Source: Amoeboaphelidium protococcarum X5 (lineage: Eukaryota > Fungi > Aphelidiomycota). From it: DNA of 64,000 nt. Both the position numbers and the translations under genes were made by a program. Position 1 is the stretch's first letter. The number at the start of each line of letters is the position of its first letter. Location of the stretch: the NCBI GenBank assembly GCA_023515725.1, contig JALDTO010000200.1:186001-250000 (forward strand), written 5' to 3'. Shown here one piece after another: positions 38,292 through 52,479 of the stretch. Under the pieces are notes generated by a model that was not told the DNA's origin, did not search any database, and worked only from the letters and a program-made list of their open reading frames with translations.

Positions 38292-39638
38292 ATGACTCTA
38301 ACGCACCGACCTGTTGTGGGGGTTTAAAGCTACAATATTGATGGATTCATGCCTTCTAAACGAGATTATGGTCGGTAGTATGCATCCCTTTACTGGAGCC
38401 GCTTGGAGATATTCCGACCACTACTGCTTGAGAATATATAATCTGACTCTAAGCTGGCACGCATCTCTTTGAAGCAGAAAATCTCTGATGTTGTATAAAA
38501 TGAGAAATGTATTATCGTGGGCACTTGCTACCTGGATATGCCTTTGAAGCCGAATGTTCTCACTGAGCTGGCTGAAGAGAATCAAATTGGTATTCCCAGT
38601 TTGGCGCAGGTGAGTTATTCTAGCGATAGAGATGTGGCTACTCTGGAAGATTTGTCTGGCAGAATAGTGCTACAAGGTGATGAAGTGAAGAGGTAGCTAT
38701 TTGTCACCGGTCTTGTATGTGCTCTGGTTGGCACTGAGCGGGAGAGTGGAGTGTTCACTGTGGACAGTGTCATATTCCCTTCTCTGAGAGATGTGCCGCC
38801 ATTACCTGCTGTTATCAAAGAGAAGCCAGTATATATTGCACTTGTGTCCGGTCTGTCTATGGCTGGAATTGGTGATTATGAACGCTCCCTGCTACGCGAT
38901 TATATCTGCGGTAATTTGCTCTGTAATGACTCTGACGTTCAAGATGTATCCAGTATATCTAGACTGATTATTGCAGGTAATTCTTTTGCACAGAACAGAT
39001 AATAGTTGATAGATGGCGATAATATGAGTTTTGCCTTGTCCAAGTTCCAGCAGTTCTTGCGTGAGTTGAACCAAGTTGTTTAGGTGGATGTTATGCCTGG
39101 CGCTTGTGATCCTACGACTTATCTCTTACCGTAGAAGCCAATTCACAAAGGAATGCTTTTGGACTAAGATATGAAGAGGAAAGGATTGATGCTTGAGAAT
39201 GTGCACTGTAGAACTAACCCATGTGCATTTGATGTTGAGGGAGTCAAGTTTCTGGGTACGTCTGGTTAGAATTTGGACGATCTGTGCCATTATGTGCCTC
39301 TTAAGGAAGATGGTGTCTCCACGACAGTTGATAGATTATCTATTGCGAGTAGAATGCTTGACTGGAGGCACATTGCCCCGTCGAGTCCTGACACTTTATG
39401 CTGCTATCCCTATGTCGACTCTGATCCTTTTGCTTTAATTGGGGGCAATCAGGATGGCACTCTTGGTGTACCGAACGTGTTCTTTATTGGAAATCAACCG
39501 CAGTTTGGCACCAGGCTCGTTGAAGCTAAAGATGGCTCTGGCAAATGTCGTGTAATTCTAGTGCCTGAATTTGCCTCAACTCATCAAGTTGTATTACTGA
39601 ATCTGCAAGACTTGAGCGTCAAGACTGTGGAATTTTGA
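38292..39638 (+). CDS. POL31: DNA polymerase delta subunit 2
   Basis: YGRQYASLYWSRL, LEDLSGRI, RLIIAGNS, MPGACDP..LPQKPIH, GTSGQNLDD, WRHIAPSSPDTLCCYP, FFIGNQP. Confidence 0.95.
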
Positions 39639-39762
39639 TAAATTGTAATTAATAATGTTGCCTGCCCACTAAGGATGTATAGTTATGAAACTTTTATAAG
39701 CAATTTTTTGAAATACATAAGCTCCGGATAAAATAAGAGTACGCGTATTATTCATTCAATAT

Positions 39763-41892
39763 TCATTTACACCAGTTTGCTGTAGGAGGCACACAGTCTA
39801 GCCAGACACACCATGAACATTTAAAAGACGGATCGGTGTAGAACTGGTAGAACCCCAAGAATAGGAGCATTGCTAGGATGGGGAATGACACTAAAGTTAG
39901 TAGTAATTTCCGCCTGCGATCCCATGTGCCAAACGTAATCTTGGGCATAAAGATAAGACCTGACAACGTGCCGCTAAGAAACCCGCCTATATGAGCATAG
40001 TTATCAATGAAAGGTAAGAGGCCTATGGTGAGAGCAATCACCACAGTGATGCTCAGTATTAACAAATTCTTGTACGGATTCACAAGGATAGGCCAATTCT
40101 GCACCAAATCTAAATATAATAGAGCGAATATTCCATACATTGCACCATTAGCACCAACTGTAACGTTATTGGGATTTAATATCGCAGCCACAAGATTACC
40201 ACCAACACCCGAAATAACATAAATAAGTGCCATTCTGAATGAGCCCAATTGCTTCTCCAATTCGAATCCAGTCCTAGTTTAGATAATCAGGTTGAACGCC
40301 AAATGCAAAAGACCAGTATGTAAGAACATAGGAGTGAAGAATCTGAATGCCTGATCAGGCTGCTATTTATTAGCAAATCCTCCCAATCCGCAAATATAAT
40401 TCAGATTATCAAAGTATAGACAAGAACCATTCTGCGCACGAGGACTGGTTGATGGGTAGCCTCTAGCACAGCTAGTGTAGAAGTCATTAGTAGAGCCAAT
40501 CTAATTTCTCATGCATGGTCCGTACTTACCTCCCATTTAGATTAGACTTAGTGATGATGGACCCAGAAAGGGATTATCCGTCACCGGAGCAAAACCACTG
40601 TTAAAATAAATCTCGTACGCCATAACAAGTACCTGGATAATAGTGACCAATTGGAGAAAGTACGGCCGATAAGTCTTTATGCCAGCCAATTACTTTCTAA
40701 CCTTTGGATCACGCAAAGCCGTTGTTGCATTACCAGCACCCTTCATATTCTTTTATTAGGCATATGGTTACGGCATGTAAGGATTTACTGGAGATTTCTG
40801 AGCTATTGCATAGTTTGGGCGAAACCCGGCACCATCTCTGTGTCTAATACCAGGCTATCCAACATCCCCAATTTATCCCTGATTGTGGACGCGCTAGTAC
40901 TTGCTTCTACCGCGACCTTTAATAGCGCCATAATTCTCCTTCTCGCGCCTTACACGTTCACGTTCAACTTTGGCGGCGCGTTCCTGTTCAGATACACTTC
41001 CTCTCTGGGACACTGAAACTACCGTACTATCAATTGGGGCCGACTTTTAAACAACGAGCTTGTCCTCCTCATATGCATTTTTGGACGGAAGTGATGATGA
41101 AACCTTCTACTGCGGTGAACGTGATTGCTGAGACAAGCGAGGCTCTTTATCATCATCATCATCATCACTATTCTCCTCAGCAATGGATGATTGCTAGATT
41201 TACACGCCAGCATTTGGCTATACTGATGGCCGACGCAGCTAAGACCCTGATTAAACAGATTTTCTACGCTAATCATTAGACTTTGCATTCGCAGAGTCAA
41301 CCAGAGTCTCCTACTCTCCCTCTGAATAGCTATAATACTCATAATCCGAATCTTCATCTATAGAGTCACTGGAGCCATCCATCTCTACCACGACTTCTGC
41401 TACATAAGACTTTCTGCGGTTAGCCGGATCAGCAATCGAATTACCAGACTTGGCTGCAGCTGCAGCATTCTACTTCATCATTGACTACTATCTATGCAGT
41501 GGCACCTTCGACTGATCATTCTTAAAGAACGCTGACTCTGCTTGAGGCTCTGGTGCCAACCAATTGACCACTCTGTTGGTGATATTAGCTGCAGAAAAGA
41601 AAAGACTATTGAAATTACCACTATCCTGAATGTCAGCCTGCTTCTTCACCTTGCGATTTAACAAAAATTTACACAACTACAACACCTCAGTCTTGTTAAT
41701 CAAATCTTTGTCCATTTTCAGTTGTTTCAGAGCAGCTACGAGCAGGTCGGGATCATTCACCAGCTTGACGTCGTCCAGCAAAATGTACAACTCATCCTTG
41801 GAGATGAACCCATCACTGTTAGTGTCAACCTTTTTGAATTCGTGCAGATATAGTCTGATTTAATCATCAGTCAGCTAATTATTCTGAGCCAT
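39763..41892 (-). CDS. EF-hand-containing rhomboid-family protein, probably catalytically inactive (~709 aa)
   Basis: EF-hand loop DTNSDGFISKDE; long disordered linker; Cys-rich loop; HTGLLHLAFN, GVGGNL, GANG in place of GASG, AHIGG. Confidence 0.88.
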
Positions 41893-42325
41893 TTGTCACT
41901 TATCTTAAACCACCGTTGATTATGAATATGAAGTAGAGAATATATCTACACAATTGAAAATTATGCTCATTCTTAGAATCCCTTTAAGAAACGGCTCGTT
42001 GCCATGACAGAGATTCAAGATGGCAACAGCTTCTATAATGAGAGTCTATCAAAAGCGGCTCTTACGTAGTATATGAAGAGCCATATAAGGAAAATAATTT
42101 GTAGGAAGATATTGACTTGATAACTTCAGGAAAATTTATTTCAATTATTATTTCCGCGTGTCAATCCATCCAAAAGATTTACGCCACGAAGATCTTGATC
42201 GCGAATTTCATTGTTTCACTTCTCTCCGTCCGCAATTGTTTCAGCATCCTCCTTCTTCTTTGTTTACAGTTTGATTGTTGTTGCTCTTCAGATCGAACTC
42301 TCACCATCCATCATTTTTATACAGC

Positions 42326-45300
42326 ATGCCTGTGGGACACACATCTAAAGAACTTGTAAAGTCTGCCAACAGGCTAGATAAGGTAATTATTTTTCTCACT
42401 CTCAGTTTTACAATCTTATTTTAACTATATTTTTTGGGTTGTACAGTAGGGGCTCCCTGTTATCCGTTTTGAAGAGGACTACAGAAAATATGGTCGTGAA
42501 TTTGAAAAGGATCCGCTGATAAAGTTTAATGAAGACATTCTGGTGGAGACTACACCTGCTCCAAGAAATTTGCTGCCTAAACATGTTTCTGCTAGTCAGA
42601 AGTCTGATTTGCCTCAACCTGCCAAGGACGTTTACTCGTATCTGATCAGCGAGAGAGTCTCTATCAAAAGACGTAATGAAAAGTTTGGAAAGTATCCACT
42701 GGCTGGTAATGCCAATTCATTGAAATTCCCAGAGGATGCTTAGTATGAGGTGGATCTACAGCCTGATGATGCTTCGTCCAACTCTGCTGAAGGAAAGAGT
42801 GTTAAACCATCTCTGCAGGACATATTTGCTAAACCATAGAGCCTGGTCGTTGACGATAGTAAGTAATAGAAGCGAGCATCCTCATTCATTGACGAAAATG
42901 CTTTGGAGAAGGTGACATTGGATCCTCATGAAAGATTTGAGAATGAGATTATTGATAAAGAGTTGAAGTTTGACTATACCAAGTTACCGAGAATGAAGCT
43001 CATTGATCTATATGGTAGCAATACGGAGGATTACTTCGATTCAAGATCGGGAGATGCTGTAGATAAATCTGATGCTTCTGCTAAAAAGGCCAGAAATTTT
43101 ACCATTAGTATACAAGACTATAAGTGGCAAGGCTATGGACCTGGTTGTCAAGTGACCGGTGAGTTGTATTTTCTTAACACCAACACTATGCAAAGAGTAT
43201 CTGAAGCTTTCAAGTTCGAACTCGGTTCTCAGCCACCACAATGTGTTGCGTCTCTTACTGTGACCAATGCTGAGACGATCATGATTGTTCGCTTGTATAA
43301 GCCTTTTGAAGGTGAGTTGTCTTCTTGGGTAGACACTTATACCAAAGGTAAGTAACAGAAGGGAGAAGCAGTGAGAAATTACATGCAGCCATTTGGATGG
43401 TGCCCCGTCTATATGTTTGAAGAAGTTTTACTAGAGGATAAGCCGCTGCTATTGGCGACTGATTAGCTATTTCGTTCAGATGAAAAGAATTCGGATGAAG
43501 ACCTCACCTCTATGGCCTTTCAAGTGCGCTCTAAAAATTCCAAGTTGAAGTTGAAGACTATTCCGCTAGCTCTTACCATTTCTGTGTAGGAAATTGATCC
43601 ATCTTAAGTCAAGAAGGATCAGAGTGTGTTTTAATTGGAGGAAATTTCCAATAATCCTTTTAATGTGTCATTGCAAGTTAAACATCACATGTACTGCTGG
43701 CTTAAGTCTTTGAATATCTCTAAGGCGAACTCTAGTTGGAAAAATGTCGCTGTCAAAGTAGAACTGAAATCTAATGATTTAACTTAATCTCAAGTGGTCG
43801 AGACATTCATCATGGAAAAGGACAATGTGACTCAGTAGTATACCAGTGTGATCAATTATCATGATAGACAACCAGCTTTTGCGGATGAGATCAAAGTTGC
43901 CCTCCCGTTACATCTGCATAAAGATGTCCATTTGTTGTTCACGTTTTATCATATCTCTTATACGCATAAGAAGGATGATGCCGCTTTTGCATATGCTGTT
44001 TTACCTGTTTTTGTCAGTGATCTCTTTATTGGTGACGGGCGCCACGAAATGCCATTATATTTCTCTCTTCCTGACAAGTATTTATAAGGTGCAGAGATCA
44101 AATTGCTGGATAATGGAAAGCCTTGTTTTTCTGTCGATATCAAGTTGAACTCATACTTCTTTCCATAGGAACCTAGACTTGTTCAGTTATTTAAGGCTTT
44201 GAATTAAAAGATTGATGTCTCGGAAACTGATCTGACTAATGGAATAAGAGATTTGAGCAATGTGAGCCCCATGTCAATCGCCTACTTTTGGCCAGTGATC
44301 ACTGAGAGTCTTTTAGGATTGATGTGCAATAGTTCTAATGCAGTGTTGTTAAAGCAGGCTTTTAGGGGTTTGATCGCATCCACCTCGTCTATTCATGGAG
44401 ACTCTTTAAAGAGACATCCGATTGTTGTTGCCTACTTGAAGTGTCACGCTAAAATTAAGAAAGATTGGTCAATAAATCTTGCCCATGAGGTGTTGGTGTC
44501 GTAATGGACTGTTATCAATTCCGATGATGATTAGATTGGTAGAATTGGTACTAAATATGCGTGGTTCTTATTAGAATTACTGCATAAGTTGGCCTATTTG
44601 CATGTGAATGGATCTAGTAAGGGAACGGTTGGATTTACCGACCGCTCAAAGTTGTATAGCAAGGAGTTTGTGTCACAGCTTGACATTCTAATTGGCGATA
44701 TTTCTCAAGATATCTATAAGCTTGCCAAGTCTGGATTGAATATTGCGAAAGATATGAATGAGAGTCTTGCGTCGTTTTGTAATAAGATGTTATCATGTTA
44801 TCCTGTGGACCAAGTTTTTGGATGGATATCGCGTCATGTTCAAGGATTTCCTGTTGATGCGCCTGTGATGGTCAACCTCAAATTTGACTACCTATCCATC
44901 ATATTTGCATTCGAATTTGCATGGTTCTTGAATCTGCCTGAGCCTTTGGATGTTGGATATCAGGGGTGCAGTCATTTCTATTCGTAGCTTCTTCTGCATG
45001 AGGTCGCTGTAGCTTTGAAAACATCTAGCACTGAAATACGATAGCGTTCCGTTGAGTGCATGCTGAAGGTCTTTTACAAGCTGGAGACTGATCAACGCTA
45101 CTCGACCGTTACTGATGCTCTATGTAGAAATTTCTCATTGTTTCTCCCATATGTAGGCATTTTGTGTGATAATGCACACAAGTTGTCAGGTGATAACACT
45201 ACGGCTAAGTACTAAGTTGGAGAGACCAAGTTGATGATGCTAGCCTTGACCTTTGTGATCAAGTATGCCGATCGAAAATTGTTGTTGAGAGTTACGGAGA

Positions 45301-47630
45301 AGGATGATTTGTAAAGAGAGTCTTTTTTCAAAGTTGTAACTGCTGCTGTGGAGTCTCTAAAGTATCAGGGTAAGGCTTCCTATGTGGAAGATATGACAAA
45401 GTCTTTGCAAAGCCCAACCAAAGTTTCCAAAGACAACGCATTGAAGTACATTGAAAATGCCTATAAAGCTTCCGGTGCTGGTAATCTGAGAGAAATGCGC
45501 GGAACTTTGCGCTAATAACTGGCGAATAAGAATACTTATAAGGCAAACACTCAGCGAATGAACAGTGTCAATGATACCGAGCAGGTGACTGCTGTGTCAA
45601 TCAGTCCGTAAGAGTTGAAGTTGTGTGCCCAATAGGCTCATGAATCTTCTCTTGTAATCCTACATTTCCTGAGTGATTATCACGATCATTTACGCCAGTT
45701 GGATGCTAGAAAATAAATCAAGGCGGACCAAGTGCTTCTTCTTACCAAGACTGCCCTGGCTCTGTCTCTAGCCACCCAAAGCACTCTGAATGCGTCAAGA
45801 ATTTTGAAGCTGATTGGAAGAATTTCTCAAAACTTTTCCAAGTAGATTCTCAGCGACAATCAGTGTATGGGGTCTCTGTGTGAGTCGCTTATATTCTATC
45901 TGGCCTACAAGGACGTCAAGATTCGCAATTTGGCCGCAGAGTTGATCTATGCGGTGATGAAATTTAATCTGTATGAGACCAAGACTAACCTGAACAAGAG
46001 CAGAGTTCATTTGACTGTTGCGCTCTCCAAGTTCACTCCTCAGAATCCGTAAAATTTGAAGATTGGTCTACTGGCCATCAATGCTTACGCTTAGAAAGAC
46101 TCTCAGGCGCCAAAGACTTTGAGCAAGATGGTTAGTGATTGTGTGATTACATTTGTGAATATCTTGAAAGATAATGTCAGACTTTAGATGCACAGGGATG
46201 ACCCTGAGATGCAGGAGGATATGTACTATAAGTTGGCATAGAGTTACGTTGGCATCCCGGATATTAGACTCACTGTACTGGAATCTCTTGCCGTGAGTCA
46301 TGCAACTAGAAATTAGTTTACTGAAGCAGGCCTGTGCAAGATTTTTTGCGCTGCTATTGTTGGTGAGTTTTTGAAGAGAAAAGGTATTGTTGCTGGTACT
46401 CCATAAGCTCTTAAGTTGTACAAGAGCTGTTACTCGAGTTTTAATGATTCTGAACCGCTTCTGCCAGAAGGTAATCTTGAAGAGGAAGGTCTGTGTTAAA
46501 GTAGCGATTTTTCTGTTGCAGGATTCATTAGATTAATGTAGAGTGCTATTGGCTACTTGAGAAAAGGAAATTCTCATGAGATTGCTGTGGAAGTCCACAA
46601 GATTTTGGTGATAATATATGAGAAAGCGCGCAATTATGAGAAGTTGTCTGAGTGCTACGCGTAGATTAAAGACTGCTACGATTCTCTGGTGGCAACTTTG
46701 GGAAAGAGAGTGCTTGCTACATTTTTCAAAGTTTCTTTCTATGGATAGTAGTTTGGCAATATGAATGGATAGAGTTACATTTACAAGGAGAGATCTGTGA
46801 CGCAGTTGAGTGAAATTGTGAACAGACTTAGTGAGCTGTACAAGAAGAAGTTTGGCGATGATTTTGAGTTGATCAATGACTCTGCCAAGCTGGATTTAAA
46901 GAAGCTAAATCCCAAGAAGGCGTACCTGGCAGTCGTGTTTGTAGAGCCATACTTTACATCCGCCGAGTTGAAGGAGCGAATCTCGTACTTTGATCGAATG
47001 ACCAACGTGAATCAATTCTATTTTGACATGCCGTATACTGTGGGTGGTAGTTCCAGAGGAGAAGTGGATGTCTAGTGCAAGAAGAAGACTGTGCTGATTA
47101 CCGAAAAGACTTTCCCGTACTTGAAGAAGAGAGTTTTAATTTCAGCAACTAAAGATGTCGATTTGAATCCATTGGAGGTGTCAACTGAGGCTATCGCTGA
47201 GAAATGCGAGAAATTGCAGTCGGCTGTTGATGCGAGACCATTGAATTTGAAGAATTTGTAGTTGCTATTGCAGGGAATACTTCGTCCACAAGTGAATAAA
47301 GGGCCCCTCGAGATTGCTCAGGTGTTTATTGAAAATGTACAGAATGCCAAAAAGTATCCGAAAGAGCAGATTGAGAATTTAAAGCAGCTGTTTCGCGACA
47401 TGTTCAGTCTGTGCTACAGAGGCGTTAAATTGAGTTAATAGAACTCTGGAACCGATCAAGAAGAATACAATGCTGATTTGGAAGAGGGATACAACGCGAT
47501 GAAGTTGAAGTTGGACACTATTCTTGGTGATACTCCTACTGGAGGCTCTTTGGACGCCAGCGTTCCAGTATAGCCGACATTGAAGCGCTAATAGGAAATA
47601 AATGAAAGCGCGTAGAAGAGCATGAAATGA
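42326..47630 (+). CDS. DOCK-C/D (zizimin-type) Rho-family GEF (intron 42383-42449)
   Basis: DHR-1 YHDRQPAFADEIKVALP...HLLFTFYHIS; DHR-2 FFKVSFYG...YIYKE...FPYLKKR...LQLLLQG...VNKGPLEIAQVF. Confidence 0.92.
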
Positions 47631-48209
47631 ATGAAGTGACGATTCGTGATTAATTAAAATGCTGATTTAATTTTTCGGTGTCAGAGTCAATATGCTTCAA
47701 TTTTTAGCAGTCTCATAGGTAATTTTTCAATTAAACACGATCCGCATGAAAATAATCGGATATTACATCACTCAGAGTATGATATTGCAAATTTTGATAA
47801 TAAATAAGATGGCATTAATCTGAAATTTTGAATAGGTGTTGTGAAGTCTCACTAAATAGTAAAGCAGAAGACATGGGATAATAATAAAAATGCAGCATTC
47901 CTAAATCAACTTACGCAGGCACAATGATTTAATCAAGCGCGATCGATGATCTTCATACATAGCTGCTCCAAATGCGTAGCTTGATACCATCCTATATGTA
48001 ACACGAACAGTATATCAACATTCTGATTACTTATGCGATCATCACATCAAAAGATGTGTACTTTTAGATTATTAACTCTCAATTTGGCTTAAAGTTGATA
48101 AGCATCAGCTTGGGATACTCTCATGAAGATATCGACGCTTAATAATCGAATAAACATACAATGGTGTAGTCTATCATTAACGCAACTATTTATGGTTGAA
48201 ACAAAGAAC

Positions 48210-48295
48210 TGATTGGGGACGCGTAAGGTTAAGGTTAGATTAATAAGCAGATTTTCGTTCAAATTTTGACCAATAGGAAGCGTTCAAATTTGATC
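48210..48295 (+). promoter_or_regulatory. Putative RPS0 promoter, present only in copy 1
   Basis: CCAAT boxes in both orientations (~48212, ~48270) and duplicated CGTTCAAATTT (48256, 48281); outside the duplicated segment. Confidence 0.3.
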
Positions 48296-48390
48296 TTATT
48301 AATACCACTAGTGGAAATAAGTAAAATTTTAATACGCTCGAGTATAGTCACACTTTATAGACTTCTGCAATAATTGAGCAATTTAAGAAG

Positions 48391-49203
48391 ATGACCAACG
48401 CACTAAACTATACTGAGGAAGATATTCAATTGCTGTTGGCAGCACAATGTCATCTGGGAACAAAGAATGTGGATTCCAAGATGGAAAATTACGTGTGGAA
48501 ACGCCGTGCTGATGGCATCCACCTTATCAACTTGAGAAAGACCTGGGAGAAGATGGTGCTGGCTGCGCGTATCATTGCTGCTGTCGAGAATCCTGCTGAC
48601 ATCTGTGTGATTAGTGCTCGTCCATATGGTCAACGTGCAGCTTTGAAGTTTGCCAACAACATTGGCGCTCAGGCAATTGCTGGAAGATTCACTCCTGGTA
48701 CCTTCACCAACTATATCACTCGTGCATTCAAGGAGCCGCGTCTGATTATTGTGACTGATCCTAGAACTGACCACTAGGCAATCAAAGAGGCTAGCTATGT
48801 CAACATTCCAGTCATTGCTCTCTGCGACACTGATAGTCCTTTAAAATTTGTCGATGTGGCTGTCCCAACTAACAACAAGGCAAAGTACTCTATCGGTTTG
48901 ATGTACTGGCTGTTGGCTAGAGAGGTGTTGCGTCTCCGTGGTACCATCAGTCGTGATGAGCCTTGGAATGTCATGGTTGATCTGTTCTTCTATCGTGATC
49001 CGGAGGAAGTTGAAGAGGATCAGGCTAATGCTGCCGCTGCTGCTAGAGAACTTGCTGGTGGTGTTGATGGTGAGGATGCCGGTGCTGCAGGTGAGCAATG
49101 GGGTGAGGATACCACTCAAGGTCTGAACTGGGATGCTCCTGTTGATGCTGCTCCTCAAGAGTCATCCTGGGATGCACAGCCTGCTGCTGCCAGCGCTTGG
49201 TGA
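48391..49203 (+). CDS. RPS0: 40S ribosomal protein uS2 (S0/SA), copy 1
   Basis: [43 protein letters not shown] (Q=TAG 48775-48777), [10 protein letters not shown]. Confidence 0.98.
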
Positions 49204-49370
49204 TTTAAATTGGAATTGGGATTGAACAAGTGGTAATGAAATGGGAAACAATAAATTGGATTAATTCATAATCGTTGTAATTTCATTCTGATATCAATTT
49301 TTTTTTCATCTTATTTTTTAGTCTTGGTCGCATGTTGAGGCAATGTTAACACTAAAGATGCATAAATATA

Positions 49371-49509
49371 TCATTAAACATTTACAATGATGGACGACTT
49401 GCAGTTGGGGCATGATGAGAACATGCGGTGTAAAGTGATTCTAGTAGAGGCCAGTGCTTGACACCATTCAACTATACACTCGCGATGAAACATTTTCTGG
49501 CAAGAGTCA
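49371..49509 (-). pseudogene. FANCL: Truncated 3' fragment of FANCL (half RING) inside repeat copy 1
   Basis: DSCQKMFHRECIVEWCQALAS...CPNCKSSIIVNVQ*; similarity stops abruptly at the repeat boundary. Confidence 0.8.
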
Positions 49510-49921
49510 ATAATGAATTTTATAAGTTGGTATACGGTACAATTCGATTATAATAGCTGTAACATTATGCATAATAAGCCAACGCACACGAGCCTTTTGT
49601 CCGTTAGAATTTTGATGTTACGCGTATAGTCTGTCCACAAAGGTCAGAGCTTTTGTTAATACGCGTTGCATGTACAGAGACAATATTCTTTTACTGTGTT
49701 AATGGGTATTTCTAGTTAGAAAATGAAGTAAGAGTTTAATCATCCATATCAACAATTCAATTTCAACAATCACGATGTTTCTTGAGTCTTCATCGCAGAA
49801 CTTTCACTTTATAACCGTATGAACAATCTCAAACTGATCTCACCTCATCAGTTATCCCCTGCTATCCTCTTCTTTGCATATAATCAATTCTGGTGTCAAA
49901 CTGATCTAAGTTTATGTGATT

Positions 49922-50854
49922 ATGTAAAAGACTGTGCAATATTCTGAATTGCCATTGATCAAATCCGTTTTGGTGGCATTGGTGTTAATATCTGTAATAG
50001 TCTGCACCTTCAAAAGTGACATTATATAGTTTGACGCGAGTCGTAGGGTTATGCTATCTCGTGATCACAATCAATACCATGTCAAGGCTGTTATGCCCGA
50101 TCTTCATATTGCTGACTTTACATTTAACGCTGCGTTTGAACAAGACTGGCATGTTTTGATTAAAGATTTCCGCTCTGCAAAGTTCCGTCTAGATTTGGCG
50201 TTACATCCCGAGTATAATGAAACTGTGCACATCAAAATATTGTTGAAATTCCAAGACAGCAAAGATGATGAGGTATTTGAAGGTTCGTTGTCTCCAGACA
50301 ATCGTGAGATAGTGCTACACCGACCGAGTGCAACATATACCATTTTGGCTAAAGCTGACGTCCGTATTGTTGACAAAAGTAATGGCGATGGAGATTAGTG
50401 GGTCCGCGTTTCAATGCTTAATGTGCCTACTTATGATCGGAATTGTGCTCGCTAGCACATGTCTACTTCATATCTGTCTGCAGATCACGAATTTGTTGTG
50501 GAACATGATTTTGTACCTCATTAAACATGTGATTTTAGAGTTGCCATGTCAAGTATCGAGTACGATTTTACTAAATATGGCGCGACTGTCATCGGAATCG
50601 ACTATATGATATATACTTCCACCAAAGAGTACAGGGTGTTGCGGTCGTTTTAACGCACAATTGATGGCCGTAAATTTGATTTCACTAGCATTCCTCCAGT
50701 GACCATTGATTACACATAGTTCTCTGAAGCTTAATCTGAGCGCACGGTGGGATTGTTTAGATTTTACATAAAGAAAGGCAATAATGACGCTATCATTCAC
50801 GGTGAATTTGGCTATCAAAAGGTTTGTAAGGCTGCCATTATCACGAATTATTGA
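49922..50854 (+). CDS. Orphan type II membrane protein, family member B (~310 aa)
   Basis: N-terminal TM SVLVALVLISVIVCTF; aligns by eye with 12448..13413 over its length; intact frame ending TGA. Confidence 0.8.
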
Positions 50855-51606
50855 AGAGTTGAAGTCTGGCTTTTTAGTTTGTTTCATCTGTGTTATACTG
50901 TAGTTATTGGGGGCAGTAATGATATTTACTGCAGATTTTTGCTATGATTTTTCCGGTACAGTACATTATCAAGCTTCTATAATCTATATACAGCTTTCAT
51001 TGTATGTAGCAATCCACAACGAAAGCGCAACTCTTTAGATGAGCTTCGCAACTCACCGAGCAACTTTCAAACGCGTCGCGCTCTTATTATCAGTTGAATC
51101 TCTATGGTAATTATTTAGTACTCCAACTCCCTGGCTGAAGACTTTATTAGTCGTGTCGATTCATCGATTCATACTTAGACTCAAGTCGACTTGCAAGTCA
51201 ATATGCGGACACAATCCAACCTTAATAGACTTTTTACGCTAACGACACATTCTTCTCCTTTTTACCATCTTTGATCTTAAGCGCAAATCACGATAACAAT
51301 GAACTTTGTTTGCGTTAAGAGAGTTTATGCGCAATAACAAGTAAAATGTTCTGAGTTATGCCGGTTAAATCGCTATCCTTCGCATTGCATGTGTGCGATA
51401 TTTAATACGATTGAAGCACGATATCAAGTTAAATAGCCGCAGATGAACATATTGCTTACTTCCTTGGTTTGGCTCAAAAGTATAAAAATTATATGGACGA
51501 TATAAATGAGATTTCAGAGCATATGCTGTCGTTTAGTGAATTGAGCATCACGTCTCATGAAAGTGCCAGGAATGCTTTAGCTGACACAGTGTGAACATTG
51601 AATGCC

Positions 51607-52131
51607 ATGATATCAAGAGTTTTCTAAATCAATTATCATTCAAGATTATCAAGATTGAGCGAAGTTAAGCACTAGATCCTGCAAGCTGGGGTGAGCTAAA
51701 TTACGATCGTTTATGCATCAAATCCCTTCGCAAATTACGAGGTGGAGATTAGCATGACTTTAAGCCCAATTTTCTGTTAAATTACACTACAGACGAGCCC
51801 TAAAGTTCAAAAGCCTCTCAATCCTAATTAATCTCCGGTTCTTAACAAGGCTCTTCCTCAGTATTAACATGCAATAATCTTCTACAGCTACTAACAAGAG
51901 AGAAAATAGCATAATTATCTTTGGCAGTATAGGACTAATAATTACGGCCCAAGTAAGCACACTGGGCCATGGAATGTTACAGAGTATTAGCTCTTCAAGT
52001 CTGGTGTAAACTGTTGCCTAACAAATGGAAGCTTACGTATCTTATTAAACTAATGTAGTAGAAGCTTAGCAAGATATACTGCAATTTGGGGGGGGGGTGC
52101 TGGTTTAATCAAGTTTCTTGTGATAAGTTGA
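51607..52131 (+). other. ORF or relic containing a partial Myb/SANT-like motif
   Basis: HTGPWNVTEYQLFKSGV at ~51958-52008 resembles Myb helix 1; the remainder is unrecognisable. Confidence 0.3.
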
Positions 52132-52479
52132 GATTGTCATAAAAGATCCTTTGTATGCCAGCAACTAGTGTTCCTTCAGAGGTGGCGTTTAGCAGAGCTG
52201 ACTTTATGATATCTGATAGAAGTAACCGTCCAAGTTATAAAATGGTCAAGAATCGTATGCTTTTAAAGAGTAAGTATCAAATGTTAATCCTGCTACTGCT
52301 CGTAATCTGCAGGCGAACTTCATTGGAATGGAGAAACTCTGCTAGGGCGATTATGCAGTAGATTAACTATTAGCAGTTATATTGTCAAAGATTTTGATCC
52401 ATTGACTTCGTATATATGTAATTACTAGCAGCACTCAGTTAATCTCCGATCAGTATTTTACAAATGCAGTAAGTGATCG

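Larger units (their letters stand above)
48336..49509 (+). repeat. Direct repeat copy 1 (1174 bp; partner 53896..55069)
   Basis: Colinear at constant offset 5560; about 9 substitutions seen, no indels. Confidence 0.95.
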
